Counted from the stretch's first letter, positions 1 to 13,821 are shown. The stretch is 64,000 nt of DNA from Neocallimastix sp. 'constans' (GCA_050613775.1 JBODTK010000156.1:62001-126000), one strand, 5' to 3'. The notes: generated by a model from the letters alone, not told the origin. Made by a program: numbers and translations.

Positions 1-409
1 AAGCTTTTTATTCAATTTGTTTTGACTCAAATTGAATAAGTTCTTATTTATTATTTATTTATTATTCTTTTATTATTAATACTATTAATTATATATTACT
101 ATTTAATTTTTATGATTATTAAACTAAACTAAAATTAAACTAAACTAAAATTAAACTAAACTAAAATTATTAATATATTTTATTACTAAATTTTAGGTTA
201 TTTAAAAATTAATTTTATATTTTTAAATTTATATATTATATGAAATATAAATTTATTATTAATTTTCATAAATCAATTAATTTCATAAATTAATATATTT
301 TACATAATTTAATGCATTAGCATTATTTTGTAAACGTGAATTACATTAAATAATTTAATGTACAAAATAAATTAATTAATGTACTAAAGATATTGATCAT
401 ATCTTTACA
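1..409 (-). mobile_element. Partial LTR of the TGTAAAGAT family, running off the window edge
   Basis: Ends ...AAAGATATTGATCATATCTTTACA, the reverse complement of a TGTAAAGAT start like those at 32412, 43708 and 46814. Confidence 0.6.
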
Positions 410-500
410 TATATTATTTATAATTAAATAAATAATATTTGTTAACTATTGAAATGTAAATAACTGAAATTGAGATTTCAATTCAGTTATAATTTCAACA
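410..500 (-). mobile_element. 5' end of an LTR related to the G4 3' LTR, inserted in LTR W1
   Basis: Reverse complement TGTTGAAATTATAACTGAATTGAAATCTCAATTTCAGTTATT matches the LTR start at 48277. Confidence 0.7.
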
Positions 501-1363
501 TTTACTAAATTGTACTTTCCTATATTCTTCATAACCTAAACCTCATTGTAAATTTAATTTATTTTGATATAAATTAATTTACACTTGTAAATAATGTAAA
601 TAAATTTTAATTAATTACTTTATTGTTATATTATTAAATATATGTATATATTAAAATACAATTGTAAATATTAAAATTATACTTTTAAGATACTAAATTA
701 TTAAAACTATTAATTAAATATTATTATAAAAATTTATTTATTATAACTATTAAATATTATTATAAAATTATTAAGATTATTAATTAAATTTATTATTAAA
801 AATTATTATTAAAAATTTTTACTTATTATAAAAATTATTATTTAAATATTATCAAATTTATTAATTAAATATTATAAAAATTTTATTTTATTTTGAAAAT
901 AATTACAAGTATTATTTAAAATAATTAAAGATTATTAAATTTATTATATTAATCTTTAAAAACAATTTATTTAACTTAAAAATATCAAAGAAAATAGTAA
1001 AAACTATTTTTTATATATTTATTTTATAATTATTTTTAATTAAATTATATTTGAATATTATATTATTATATTTATAAAAATTAAAACAAAAATGAATTAT
1101 TGATATAAAATTAATTCAATAATTCTCTAAAATTACTTAAATTATAAACAATTAATTATACTTTAAATTTATAAAAAAATATAAATATTGTAACAATTTC
1201 TTAAAAATTAAATGTGTGTACTTTAAATAATAAACTTTTATATTAATAAAAAAAATAAGTAACTTTTAATAAAGAATTATTTTTTTTTTAAAATCAAAGC
1301 AGGGTAATACCCGTCCCCCCCTGCTTGATTTTAAATATCTAAGTGTCAACCCCGAGTCTACCA
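501..1363. mobile_element. LTR-like repeat W1 (interrupted)
   Basis: Close copy of 39617-40594 and inverted copy of 5898-6924; ends CCCCGAGTCTACCA. Confidence 0.85.
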
Positions 1364-1367
1364 GAAA

Positions 1368-1951
1368 TGATAAATAACCAAATTATAAATTAAGAAAAAT
1401 CAATAAAATGGAATAATAACCCTCTTAATTAGTTATTGATAATTATAAAATAATATTTTAATAAAAATAAATTAAAAGATTTAAAATTATTAAATAAATA
1501 TTATTTTAATTTAAAGAACAATGTATTATATATTAAATTATTCTTTTATTTTACTTTAACGATTTTAAATTAAATCTCAGTTTAAATTGATATTAATATT
1601 AATTAAAAAGAAACTTATTAATAATAACAAAATTGTTTATTTTATCTTAAAAGTGTTTACTTAAAATAATTATATAGTTTTATTTTAAATAATTTAAACT
1701 TAAAAGAAAAATATAAAAACATGTAAATATTTCTTTAAAAATAAAGAATCTGAATTCAAGAATTAAAAATTTAAAATTTAAGTTTTAATAAATTATTTTC
1801 TTTTATTCTCATTTATTTTAAATACTTTTTATTAAGAATATAAATATTCAAAATAATAAAAAGTACAATTTTATATTGATAAATAAAGTTTTATTATAAA
1901 AAAAAAACAAATATTCTTTTCTTATTTTAAACTGTAGTGTTTTAATTAACA
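1368..1951 (+). mobile_element. Putative LTR (TGATAAA...TTAACA), with termini like the G2 LTR
   Basis: TG..CA termini resemble the G2 LTR in sense orientation (TGATAAAG...TTAACA); no second copy in the window. Confidence 0.4.
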
Positions 1952-2047
1952 TTTTTGTGTTGATAACTACCCTTTTAATTGACAAATTATTATCACTTTT
2001 AGAAGTAAATTCTAAATTAAGATAATAATCAACATTTGTCAGAAAAA

Positions 2048-2910
2048 TGTAATAATTCTATTAAGAACTAACTCAAAATAGAATTATTAACTACAACTTA
2101 ACGACTAATTCATTAAGTTGAGAAAATAAAATAAAATAAATTTTTTTACCTTTAATGTAGAGTTTATTATAAAATTAATTATAATAATAACACAAAATGT
2201 AAGAGAAGAATTGTTTGTATAAATTGATCTTAAAAATATGTTTTTGAATAAAATATTTTTATTAATTTATTAAAGTTAAAAATATAAAAATGTTACTATT
2301 ATAACTATGTTTTTTATAATAATAACTCTTGATTTCTCAAAGAGAACTCAAGAGCCTTATTTATATTTTTTTATGAAAATAAGGTTAAATAAGAAAGGGT
2401 TTTCTAATCTTAACAAATCTCTTATCTAGGAAAAGATTAGATAGAAAAACCTAGATAAGTTTCCGATCGATATTCTATCCATATCGATCATCGCATTAAT
2501 TAAGTAAAACCGATTACTTCTAAAAAGTAATTGGAAAAAATCTTAATTAACCGATTTTCCAATCTAATCTAATGATCGAAAATAAAAGAATAAAATAATA
2601 AAAGATATTTCGATCATATAATTTATCCTTATATTAAAAATATAAAATTAAATAGTTAATAAAATACAGAATACATTATAAAATACAGAATAGAATACAA
2701 TACAAAATACATTAGTTACAGTAGAGAATTTAACATATTGTAAATATATTATTTAAAATTAATTAAATAAATTTTGTTAAATTAATGAATATTTAAAATT
2801 AAATTAAATAAATTTAATAAATATTATATGTAATTAAATAAAGTTATAGTTATAATAACTTAACTAAGAAAATATAATTATTTGTTAGCAAATAATTATA
2901 GATTCTTACA
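2048..2910 (-). mobile_element. Solo LTR, S family subtype 1
   Basis: TGTAA...TTACA termini flanked by AAAAA; second copy at 38276-38963. Confidence 0.85.
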
Positions 2911-4844
2911 AAAAAACGCCTTCTAAAGTGATAATTATTAATAAAAGAAAAGTTTTGAAAGAAAAATTAAAAAGGATTAGAATTCAAAAATCAAAAATCT
3001 CAAAAATTTTAGAGAAAAGAAAAGCACTAAATAATGAAACATCAAAAACAACTCCAAAATACATTGCAATTGTTAATTCTAATTATTTATTAAATAAAAG
3101 GAAGAGAGAGAATGACTCTAGTACAGATCATAACATTTATAAAAAACAAAGAATTAAACATTTAATTAATTTAGGAAAACAAACATTAAACGATAATCAT
3201 ATTCCTATAAAACAAAATGATAATTTTAACAAATCAAATGAAAATGTTAATACTGAAAATGAAACGAATAAAACAAGCAATGATACAAATAAACAAATAA
3301 ATAGTATTGATTTAGATACTCCGCAAACATTCCTAGAAGCAGTAACTAGTGTTGATAAGGATAAATGGATAGAAGCAATATCAAGCGAGCTTGAAAATCT
3401 CTACAACAACAAAACAATGTCCTTAGTAAAGAAGCTACCTGAAGGAAGAAAACCTATTGAATACAAATGGGTATTCACAAAAAAATATAACGATAAAGGA
3501 GAACTTGAAAAATACAAGGCTAGACTAGTAATCAAAGGATTTAAACAAATTGAAGGTATTGATTATGACAAAACATACTCTCCCACGTTATCTGTTGAAA
3601 GCATGCGCTTAGTCATCGCAATAGCTTCACTACATAAATGGAATATACAACAATTAGACATCAAAGCCGCATACCTAAATGCTCCTCTGAATGAAGAAAT
3701 TTATATGACAATTCCAGAAGGAGATCCAAACTATAAACACGGTTTTTGGAAATTGAACAAAGCCTTATATGGATTGAAACAAGCAGGAAGAATGTGGAAT
3801 ATAACAATCTCTAATTTCCTGAAGAGTATAGGTTTTACTCAACTTAAAAGTGAACAATGCTTATTTTTAAAATCAAATTCCCAAAAAGAAACTACATGCA
3901 TTGTTGCATTATATGTAGATGATATGCTTATTACAGGCTTAGATAATGAAATAAACTCCACTGTTGAGCTAATTAAAAATAAATTTAAAATATCAAAATG
4001 TAGTCCAGTAAATCATATACTTGGAATAACTGTTGAACCTACTGAATATGGATATAATATTTCACAAAAGAAATATATTAACGATATCTTAAAAAGATTC
4101 AAAATAAATGAAAATCAAAAATCCTCTACTCCTTGTGTAGGTGAAAACATTAAAGAAATTAATAACGAACCATTCGATAATAGTATCTATCAAAGCGCAG
4201 TAGGCTCTCTCATACATCTAGCAAAATGTACAAGACCTGATATTGCTTGTGCAGTAAACAAAGCATCAAGAAAAAATAAAAATCCAAATATGACTGATTG
4301 GAAAAAGGTACTACAAATATTTAAATATATTAACCAAACCAAAGACTATTACCTACAATACAAAAGAGATGGAAATCTTAATGGCTATACTGACTCCGAC
4401 TTCGCTGGAGATTTAACCAATAGCAAATCTACATCTGGAAATATCTACTTCCTAGCTTCAGGACCAGTTTTATGGATGTCAAGACAACAATAATGTGTCT
4501 CAAGATCCACTGCCGAAGCAGAATATGTTGCATTATCGGAAGCCGTCGCAAATGGTTTATGGTTAAAAAATATTCTTGAAGAACTATTTAACAAAAAATT
4601 CAAAATAAATCTCTATGGTGACAATAAAGCCAGTCTATATTCCGCCGAAAATTTCGCTATTGGAAAAAGACTAAGACACATACGTGTAAGTTACCATTTC
4701 TTCAAGGAACATGTTGAAAATAACAATGTTATTTTACAACATATTAAATCAGAAGACAATCTTGCAGATGTACTCACAAAAGATGTCAACGGAAATAAAA
4801 TGTTATTCTTCGCAAACAAAATTTTCAAGAAAAATCTTGTTTAG
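2911..4844 (+). pseudogene. Ty1/Copia pol 3' part (RT-RNase H), element A1, with a premature stop at 4491-4493
   Basis: RT motifs YKARLV, QLDIKAAYLNA, LYGLKQAGR, LYVDDML; RNase H GYTDSDFA. TAA replaces a Gln seen in copy A2, and the frame continues to TAG at 4844. Confidence 0.95.
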
Positions 4845-4851
4845 GGGGGAA

Positions 4852-5159
4852 TGTTAAAATAATCACATTTTATTTTATATTTTTATATTATTAATATTAT
4901 TCTTTTATATTCTTATATTATTATTAATATTATATTCTTATATTAATATTTTATTCTTATATTTTTATGTTGTGTAACATTTATCTATGTGTATTAATTC
5001 ATAGAATTATCACATGATTAAATATGTAATTTTTACTATAAAAAATAATTATTTTTATTATTTTAAAAAAATGAGTTCTTTACATTAATAAAATTTATGT
5101 ATTAACTAAATACAAAAATTAAATAAAGTTTATTATAAAAAACACACATACTTTTCTCA
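4852..5159 (+). mobile_element. 3' LTR of Copia A1, preceded by polypurine tract AGGGGGGAA
   Basis: TGTT...TCTCA; homologous to the A2 LTRs at 55772 and 62674. Confidence 0.9.
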
Positions 5160-5499
5160 AATTCTTTTATTTAAATGCTATTAATAAAAAAATTATATAA
5201 AAAAAAATATTATTAAAAATATTAATATTATTAATAATAATTCTTTTATTTAAATGTTATTAAAAAAAATTATAATAATAATGATAAAATTATTAATTAT
5301 AGAGACGTATTTGAATATTTATTTAAACTGTATAAATTTAATAAGCTTTATAAATTAAATTATTGAATGAAAGAATTTTGATTATTTCGTTTGGTTATTC
5401 CTCATTTCTTAATTATTTATTATAAAATAATATTTATGTTATATTATTTAAATCAGTTAAACAATCAAACCACATATTAATAGTATTATTTCTATCACA

Positions 5500-5881
5500 T
5501 TTAGCATCAATTAACTTGGTTTAAATATTTTTGTAGCGTTCAATTAAGACACTGATTTCATTAGCTTTATTTATTTGTCTTTTTTTTATTTTCCAAATTC
5601 CTCTTATTTTTCTTTGATAATCATAATATGGTAAATGTTCATGTTCATTTAATTTATCTATTAATTCATAATAAGATGATTTTGTTGGAAATAATTTATT
5701 TAAATAACTATTGAGTAATTCTGCAATAATAATATTATTGTTACATGTATTAGCAATTTTTTTTAATTTTTCAAATAATATTTTATATGTTTCTTGTTCA
5801 TTATTTTTTAATATTGCAAAAGAAGTAGTGTAAAAACTATCTAATTCTTTAGCGTAAGTTCTTGTAATAAATACTTGATAA
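5500..5881 (-). pseudogene. Mutator-like (MULE) transposase relic, 3' part
   Basis: Minus strand reads YQVFITRTYAKELDSFYTTSFAILKNNEQETYKILFEKLK, continuing the 30734 segment across the GATAA TSD; left boundary approximate. Confidence 0.7.
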
Positions 5882-5897
5882 TGTAACGAAACTCATA

Positions 5898-6924
5898 TGG
5901 TAGACTCGGGGTTGACACTTAGATATTTAAAATCAAGCAGGGGGGGACGGGTATTACCCTGCTTTGATTTTAAATAAAAAAAATAATTCTTTATTAAAAG
6001 TTATTTATTTTTTTTTTTTAATATAAAATTTTATTATTTTAAAGTACACACATTTAATTTTTAAGAAATTGTTACAATATTTATATTTTTTTATAAATTT
6101 AAAGTATAATTAATTGTTTATAATTTAAGTAATTTTAGAGAATTATTGAATTAATTTTATATCAATAATTCATTTATGTTTTAATTTTTATAAATATAAT
6201 AATATAATATTCAAATATAATTTAATTAAAAATAATTATAAAATAAATATATAAAAAATAGTTTTTACTATTTTCTTTGATATTTTTAAGTTAAATAAAT
6301 TGTTTTTAAAGATTAATATAATAAATTTAATAATCTTTAATTATTTTAAATAATACTTGTAATTATTTTCAAAATAAAATAAAATTTTTATAATATTTAA
6401 TTAATAAATTTGATAATATTTAAATAATAATTTTTACAATAAGTAAAAATTTTTAATAATAATTTTTAATAATAAATTTAATTAATAATCTTAATAATTT
6501 TATAATAATATTTAATAGTTATAATATATAAATTTTTATAATAATATTTAATAATTTTAATAATTTTATAATATTAATAAATATTAATAATTTATAATAA
6601 TTTTTAGAATAATATTTAATTAATAATTTTAATAATTTTATAATAATTTTTATAATAATATTTAATTAATAGTTTTAATAATTTAGTATCTTAAAAGTAT
6701 AATTTTAATATTTACAATTGTATTTTAATATATACATATATTTAATAATATAACAATAAAGTAATTAATTAAAATTTATTTACATTATTTACAAGTTAAA
6801 ATTAATTTATATCAAAATAAATTAAATTTTATTATTAAGTTTAGGTTATCAAGAATATAGGAAAGTACAATTTAGTAAAGAATTATTAATAATAAAATAA
6901 AGGTTATTAATTCATTCTTTACCA
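5898..6924. mobile_element. Solo LTR W2
   Basis: TGGTA...TACCA termini; three copies in the window; GC-rich hairpin AAAATCAAGCAGGG...CCCTGCTTTGATTTT near one end. Confidence 0.85.
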
Positions 6925-6927
6925 TAA

Positions 6928-7816
6928 TGTAAAGAATTAATTAAAAATATTTAATTATATTAATAATTAATTCTTTCTTATTGTAAAGAATTAATTAAAA
7001 ATATTTAATTATATTAATAATTAATTCTTTCTACAATTAATAATAAAAAATATTATTAATTGAGATAAAATTAAAAAATATAATATAAAAATTGAAAACG
7101 AAAATTTAAAAACTTAGAGTTTATTATAAGATTATAATAAACAACACTAAAAGTAGGTTAAGAGAATTTTAGAAATTATTTTATTATAAAAATTTTTTAT
7201 TTAAAAGTGATTTTAAAATATTTGTGTTAATTATTATAATTTCTTATAATAATAACTCTTGATTATTTTTAGAAGAATCAAGAGTCCTATTTATATTAAT
7301 TTGATTTCTAATCTTGGAAAATTATCTCTATCTAGAAAAAGATTAGAAGAAAAAACTAGATAGATCTCGATTGGTGTTTAATTACATCAATCTTTAGTTA
7401 ATAAGAAAACCCGAATAAGGGAGAAAACTTATTAACTAATTATATATTAATTTTATTAATATTTAATCACAAGTATAATTAAATAATTAATTCTTTTAAT
7501 TATCTTAATTAAAAGTCCAAGAAATAATATAATTTAATTATTTCTTGATTAAATAAAATTATCATTTTAATACAATTTAATTTTTCTTAATTAAATAAAA
7601 TTTAACATTATTTTAATACAATAATACATTATTATAATTTAATATATTAATTATTGATAATTTAATTTAATTTTAAAACAATAACATTAATTAATAATTA
7701 CTATGTGACATAATTAATAAAATTATTCATAAAATTTTATAAAATAATAAACTTTAAATATTAATTTTTTAATAAAGAATAATAATTATTTTGAATAATA
7801 ATTATAATTCTTTACA
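6928..7816 (-). mobile_element. Solo LTR L3 (distant S-family relative)
   Basis: TGTAAAGAATT...AATTCTTTACA inverted termini, CATAA on both sides, S-like palindromic core at 7250-7440, ~54-bp terminal duplication. Confidence 0.8.
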
Positions 7817-7821
7817 CATAA

Positions 7822-8820
7822 TGTAAGAATCTATAATTATTTTTAACAAAATAATTATATTTTCTTAGTTAGGTTATAATTAATATAACTTTTATTTAAC
7901 TCATATTTCATTTATACAATTAATTATAATTAATAATTTATTTAATTATATATTAAAATTTTATTTAGTTTAATATTAAAAATTTATTTAATCAAATAAT
8001 TTTTATACATTTAAAATAATATTAAATTTATTTAATTATTCACTTAATTATTAAATTTATTAGTTTTAGTTTTCTCTCACTTATTAAATCATAAACTAAA
8101 ACACTATTCTGTATTTTATCATGTATTCTGTATTCTATCATGTATTCTGTATTGTATTAATCATGTATTTTATTATTAATGTATTGTTTTATATTTTTTA
8201 TGTAAAGTTCTATAAAATAGAACTAAATAGATTAAATTTTAAATTTTATGATCGAAATAATTTTCATTATTTTATTCTTTTATTTTCGATCATTATATTA
8301 GATTAAGTAATCGGTTAATTAAGGTTTTTCCAATTACTTCTTAAAAGTAATCGGTTTTACTTAATTAACACGATGATCGATATGGATAGAATATCGATCA
8401 AAAAACTTATCTAGGTTTTTCTTCTAGTCTTTTCCTAGATAAGAGATTTGTTAAGATTAGAACCCCTTTTGATTTTAACCTTATTTTGACAAAAAAGTAT
8501 AAATAAGGCTCTTGAGTTCTCTTTGAGAAATCAAGAGTTATTATTATAACAATTATTATATAATAATAATAACAATAAGTTTTAACATTTAAAATTTTTA
8601 ATAAATAATAAAACAAATTATTTTAATAAATCAAATTTTATAATTAAAACTTTTCCTTATCAATTTTAGTGTTTCGTCTATTATAATTCGTTATAATAAA
8701 CTCGATAATTAGAAAGAACCATAGGTAAGTATGATTCTTTTCTAAACCTTTAATATTAGCAGTTAGAGCTAATATTAATGATTAATAATTTAATTATAAT
8801 TTTTTAATTAAATTATTACA
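7822..8820 (+). mobile_element. Solo LTR, S family subtype 2
   Basis: TGTAA...TTACA with TSD CATAA; near-identical to 40602-41580 and 58008-58827; TATAAATA at ~8498. Confidence 0.9.
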
Positions 8821-9817
8821 CATAATGTTAAGGTTCGGAGAGAGGGAAAAATAAAAAATAAGTATTAATATAAACAACAAAAAAAATAAACAAACAAGAA
8901 AATTAATAAACAAAATAAATTTTTGTTTTATAAATCCTTTATTAAAATTTTATTTAAAAATTACAATATTAAATTACAATATAAAAAATACAATTTTTTT
9001 ACTGTTATTTATATTTTTTTTTCTTAAAATAATAGAAATGGTAAAGCCATTTCTTTGTATAATAAAAATTAATTATTAAATATTTTATATTAAATTTTTA
9101 TTATTAATATAATTATTCTTTAACTTATAATAAATAATACTTATATATTAATCTATTACTAATTATTTATTACTAATCTACTTAATTATATATTTTAAAA
9201 GACAAATTTTTTATTTTACAGAAATTAATTCTGTGGTTTAGTAATATTTATTTAATCCTAAAGTTTAATTTTACTAAGTTTAGAAAAATAATATTATTTA
9301 AATTATTAATATAAAATTTATAATCATTTCATCAAATTTATAATATAATATTTATAATAAAACATATAATAATAATATAATTATTTCCTTTTATGTTTAA
9401 TCTTTTATTAGTAATCATTAATACAATTTTTTTTTAATTTGGAATTTTCCAAAGAAATAATTGATATTGATAAGTTTAATATTAATAAAAGAAATATTGA
9501 TAAGATTTTGATAAACTATAAAGAAAATTGATAAAATAAACTATATAATATTGATAAGGATTTTAATAATAATAAAATATAGATAAGAATAATAAAGGTA
9601 GCATAGATAAGGAATTAATATTAAATATACTTTTTTAAATAGTATAATTTAATTTGTACTAATTAGGAATATAGATTAATTTATTAGAATATAGAAAGTT
9701 CCAAAAGAATAAAGAATCAAATAATTTGTTTAAGGGTTAAATGAATCATTTAAGATGCATAACCAAAAGAACATTATTTGGGCATTCTTTATCAAGATGC
9801 CCCCACTAAGACTCAAG

Positions 9818-12800
9818 CTATACAGAAGCTGAGTTAAACTTTACTATATTCTTTAAATGGACATTGCGGTTCATTTGGATTCCAGATTTAGGGTCCACAA
9901 GAGTTACCGTATTGAATTGTTTCTTTAATACTTGAAGGGGTCCAACAAAATATGGTTCAAGTTTGGTTCTAGAAAAATTTCGGACTAAGACTAAGTCTCC
10001 AGGCCTAATATTTTTAGCTTGATTCATGCTGTTCTTGCTTTCTCTTCTATTGGCCCAATATTTATTCGCATTTTTCACATTTGCAGCGGCTTCTGTTGTC
10101 CATAAGTAGTGGTTAACAAACTTTTCGAGTAAGATCTCATCAGATGACTTGTTTATTCCTATAGTAGGTCTTGCAGCGATATCGAAAGGTTGCTGGTCTT
10201 CTCTTCCATATACCAGCTCGAAACTTGAATGATTAGTGACAGAATTCTTGGTAGTACGAAGGGCCCATAAAGCAGAAGGTAGTACTTCATCCCATTCCTT
10301 GTGCTTTTCACTTAGAAGTCGAAGTAATTTTCCTATCTCTTTGTTTCTATTCTCTGTGAGTCCATTAGTTTCAGGGTGATAAGTGGTACTAAATTTCACG
10401 TATACATCATAGAGATCGAGGAATATCTTGGTCATATCGGAAGTAAATTGGACACCATTGTCCGTAGTAATCACTTGAGGTACTCCATGGCGTGCAAAAA
10501 CATTGATAAGGAATTTTATAACTTCTTTAGAGGTTACGTTTTCTGTAGGTTCGGCTTCAACCCACTTGGTGAAATAATCGACTACCACCATAATATATTG
10601 ATTGTTGTTGGAAGTTTTCTCTAAAGGTCCAATTATATCAAGACCAAGGTGAGTAAAGGGTCCTTCCACTTCAGTTGGAATATCTTCTGTTGGTTTTGGA
10701 TATGGTTGAGGTTTATTCAATTGGCACTTTTCACATTTAGCTATAATCCTCTTAATGTCGTTTACCATACCATTCCAGTAATAGCTTTTCCTAAGTCGTT
10801 GATAAGTCTTGTGATAACCTTCATGACCGATTTGGTGGGCTTCTAGAATTAGCTTTAATTTTTCGTTAAGATCAGTAACTAATTTTCGGTAGATATTTCC
10901 ATCTATGAAATATTCAACACCATCGATTATAGTAAACTTTTCTTCAATAAATTCTTTTACTACTTTAGATAAAAGAGATTCGTCGACTTCTTTTGTAATT
11001 TTGGTAACTAATACCTTCTTGTCAGTGTCATTCTTCATTCTTGATAGGGCATCTGCAATAACATTCTTTTTACCTGATTCATAGCAGATTTCAACCCCCA
11101 AAAGGTTAGCAGCCATGCACCATCTAGTTTGTCTAGCATTTGTTGGTTCTTTCTTGTTGAACAGTCCGACTAAGGGTTTATGGTCTGTATATATAATAGT
11201 TTTATGAGGATTTCCCATTATATATGATTTGAATTTAGTTAAGCAGTAGAATAAGGCTGTTCCTTCTAAATCAGTTATTCCGTAATTTTTCTCACTTTTG
11301 GTTAGTGTTCGACTCGTATAATGAATTGGGTGTTCTTTGTTAGTTTCTTCATTCTTTTGTAGTAGTACACCACCTACTCCATCATAGGACGCATCAGTTC
11401 TTATAATAAACTCTTTATTGAAAGAAGGGAATTTTAGAATTGGGGCATTCATTAATTTTTCCTTAAGCATTTTAAAGCTTTTCTCTTGTTCATCTTTCCA
11501 TTGGTACTTAACACCTTTTCGCAATAACTTACAAAGAGGAGCTGTGATCTGTGCATATTTATCGATAAAAGTTCTGTAGTATCCAATTGCTCCTAAGAAG
11601 GATCGTAATTCATGGAGATCAGTAGGTGCTATCCATTTTTTAATAGCTTCTATTTTGCTATCCAGAGGACTTAAGCCTTTGTCAGATACCTTGTGACCTA
11701 GAACTTCTACTTCAGATTGCATGAAAGAACATTTTTCAATGTTGATCTTGAGTTTATGTTCCTTGAATACGTCTAATACTTACTTAATGTGATCGAGATG
11801 TTCTTCAACTGTTTTTGAATAGATCAAAATATCGTCAATGAAGTTAAAAACAAATTCACCAATGTAAGGAAAGAGAATCTTATTCATTTCTCTTTGGAAG
11901 GTAGCAGGAGCTCCAGTTAATCCGAAAGGCATTACCTTGAATTGGTAATTACCAAACTTAGTAGTAAAACTGGTTACTTCAACGCTTTCTTCATCCATTA
12001 GTATTTGATGGTAACCAGAATAGAGATCCATTGTAGTAAAAATTTTGGCTCCATCTAAGCTATCGAAAATTTCATCAATATTTGACAAAGAGTAAGAGTC
12101 TTTAATGGTAACATCATTTACTTTTCGGTAGTCGATACACATTCTCCACTTTCCATTATGTTTAGGAACTAAAACTACTGGGGAGGATCACTCTGAATAC
12201 GACGGTTCAATTAGTTTCTTATTGATCAATTTGGTAAGTTCTTCTTTTAGAATATCAGATTTATATTTGGTTACTCTATAATATTTCTGTTTAATTGGTT
12301 TTACACCAGGTTTTAATCTAATTTTATGTGGTGATAAGTCAGAAGGAGTTAATTCTTCAGATGAGGTGGCTATAATTACTAAATAATCCTCAAGCAGTTG
12401 TATAATTTGTTCTCTGAACATTTTATTAAGGGTGTCAGTGAACTTTTTGTTATGAATATATTCTTTAGGAGGTAAACCTTCTATTTTCTTAAGATCGTTG
12501 TTGTTTTCATCAGGTATTGCTTTTAATACACACATTAATTTTTCTTCTTCATCATAAGTGTTGTTAATTGGAGCTATCACATCAATAAGTCCATTATTAT
12601 TCATATAACAGAGACTATACAATGTTGGATGGATAAATAATTTATAATCTACTAAAGTTTTTAAATTAATAAGAATATCATAGAACGGGTCTTCTTTATC
12701 AACTACTCTGCATTTAGCTATCATTTCAAAGTTATTAATTTTTAAGGGAATTTGGACAATGTAATCTTCTGAGTATTCTTCATTTTGGGTAGCTAATCGA

Positions 12801-13815
12801 ATTCTACCGCAACTAACATCGATAGGTTCATAAGTTGTAGGAAGTTTATCCAAAAATTGCTGTGTTACAATATTAAGGTTACTACAGGAGTCCATTAAAG
12901 CTTTTCCTTTTACTCCATCTACCTCAACGTCTACCATTGCGATATCATCTTCATTAGGTTCTATATTCTTACTCTTATATGTATGATCAATATTATTTAC
13001 TAAGATAGTCGTAGCACAAACATTGTTTACAGCACCAGAAATTTTTGTTTGGTCTTTTTCAAATTTTAAGCCTTGTATGACTTTGGTCTTTACTTTTGGA
13101 GACACATCTAGTAGTTGGGCTAAGATAATATTACATTTGATGTTATTCAGATCTTCAATAACATCATAAGGTTTTTGATTCGCAATCATTTGAAGAATTC
13201 TTGGTACTCTTGCAGTTTTGGTTATAGAAGATTTATTATTAATTTTATCATTCACCAATTTTGTTAAAGTTTGTTCTGTTGTATTATCAGGAGTATTATT
13301 TGAATATCAATAATATTATTAGTTTCTGATTTGTCAATTTCAATAGTTTTAACTTGTCTTTTTGAAGTATTAGCTCGTTCTTTATCACGTAGCTCTTTTT
13401 CTTTTTCTTTTTCCTTATTAATTAAAGGTTGAGTAAGTATTGATGGGTGAATCTGACTCCGAGTTGATTTTTGCTTTGGGTTTTCCATTAGTTCATTTTC
13501 TTTTTTCTTTCTTAATGCAGGTGTTGCAATTGGTCTAGGGTTATCTTTAAGACTTCGATGTATTTTCTTTCCTGGACTAGATTCTAGTTTGTCATCTTTT
13601 TTTCGTTTAATTGCAGCGCATAAATAACTTTCATTTTCTTCTAAGTCAGATTTACTTACTTTTTCAGTATGAAATTCTTCTTCATTTTCTGATTCTGATT
13701 CCATACTTATTACTTCTTGAAGGTGATTTTGTTGTGGTTCTTCTAAGGTTGATTGAAATTTGACTGAAGCAATTTTATTGACGATGGGAGTGCTTCTTCT
13801 CCCTTTTAGTGATTT
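9818..13815 (-). pseudogene. G2 pol (PR-RT-RNase H-integrase), broken by a frameshift near 13260 and stops at 12188 and 11780
   Basis: PR MDSCS; RT YQFKVMPFGL and FIDD; RNase H TDAS; integrase HHCC, GLDIIGP, TDNGVQF and YFVGPL. Confidence 0.95.
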
Positions 13816-13821
13816 AAATTT
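13766..13821 (-). promoter_or_regulatory. -1 ribosomal frameshift signal (slippery heptamers plus H-type pseudoknot)
   Basis: A_AAU_UUA and U_UUA_AAU in the gag frame, 8-nt spacer, stems GGGAG/CUCCC and GAAGCA/UGCUUC; the -1 frame is open into pol. Confidence 0.8.

Noticed and set aside
501..6880. One large DNA transposon with ~860-bp terminal inverted repeats
   Set aside because: The arms are separate W LTR copies in opposite orientation; W2 is nested in T1 and a third copy exists
8121..8616. Small ORFs inside solo LTRs or the MITE (also 50056, 60891)
   Set aside because: Low-complexity chance ORFs in AT-rich repeats
10376..10846. Short ORFs antisense to pol/gag (also 14599, 20678, 22658, 27731, 59974, 62096, 62318)
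   Set aside because: Shadow frames of retrotransposon genes with no motifs
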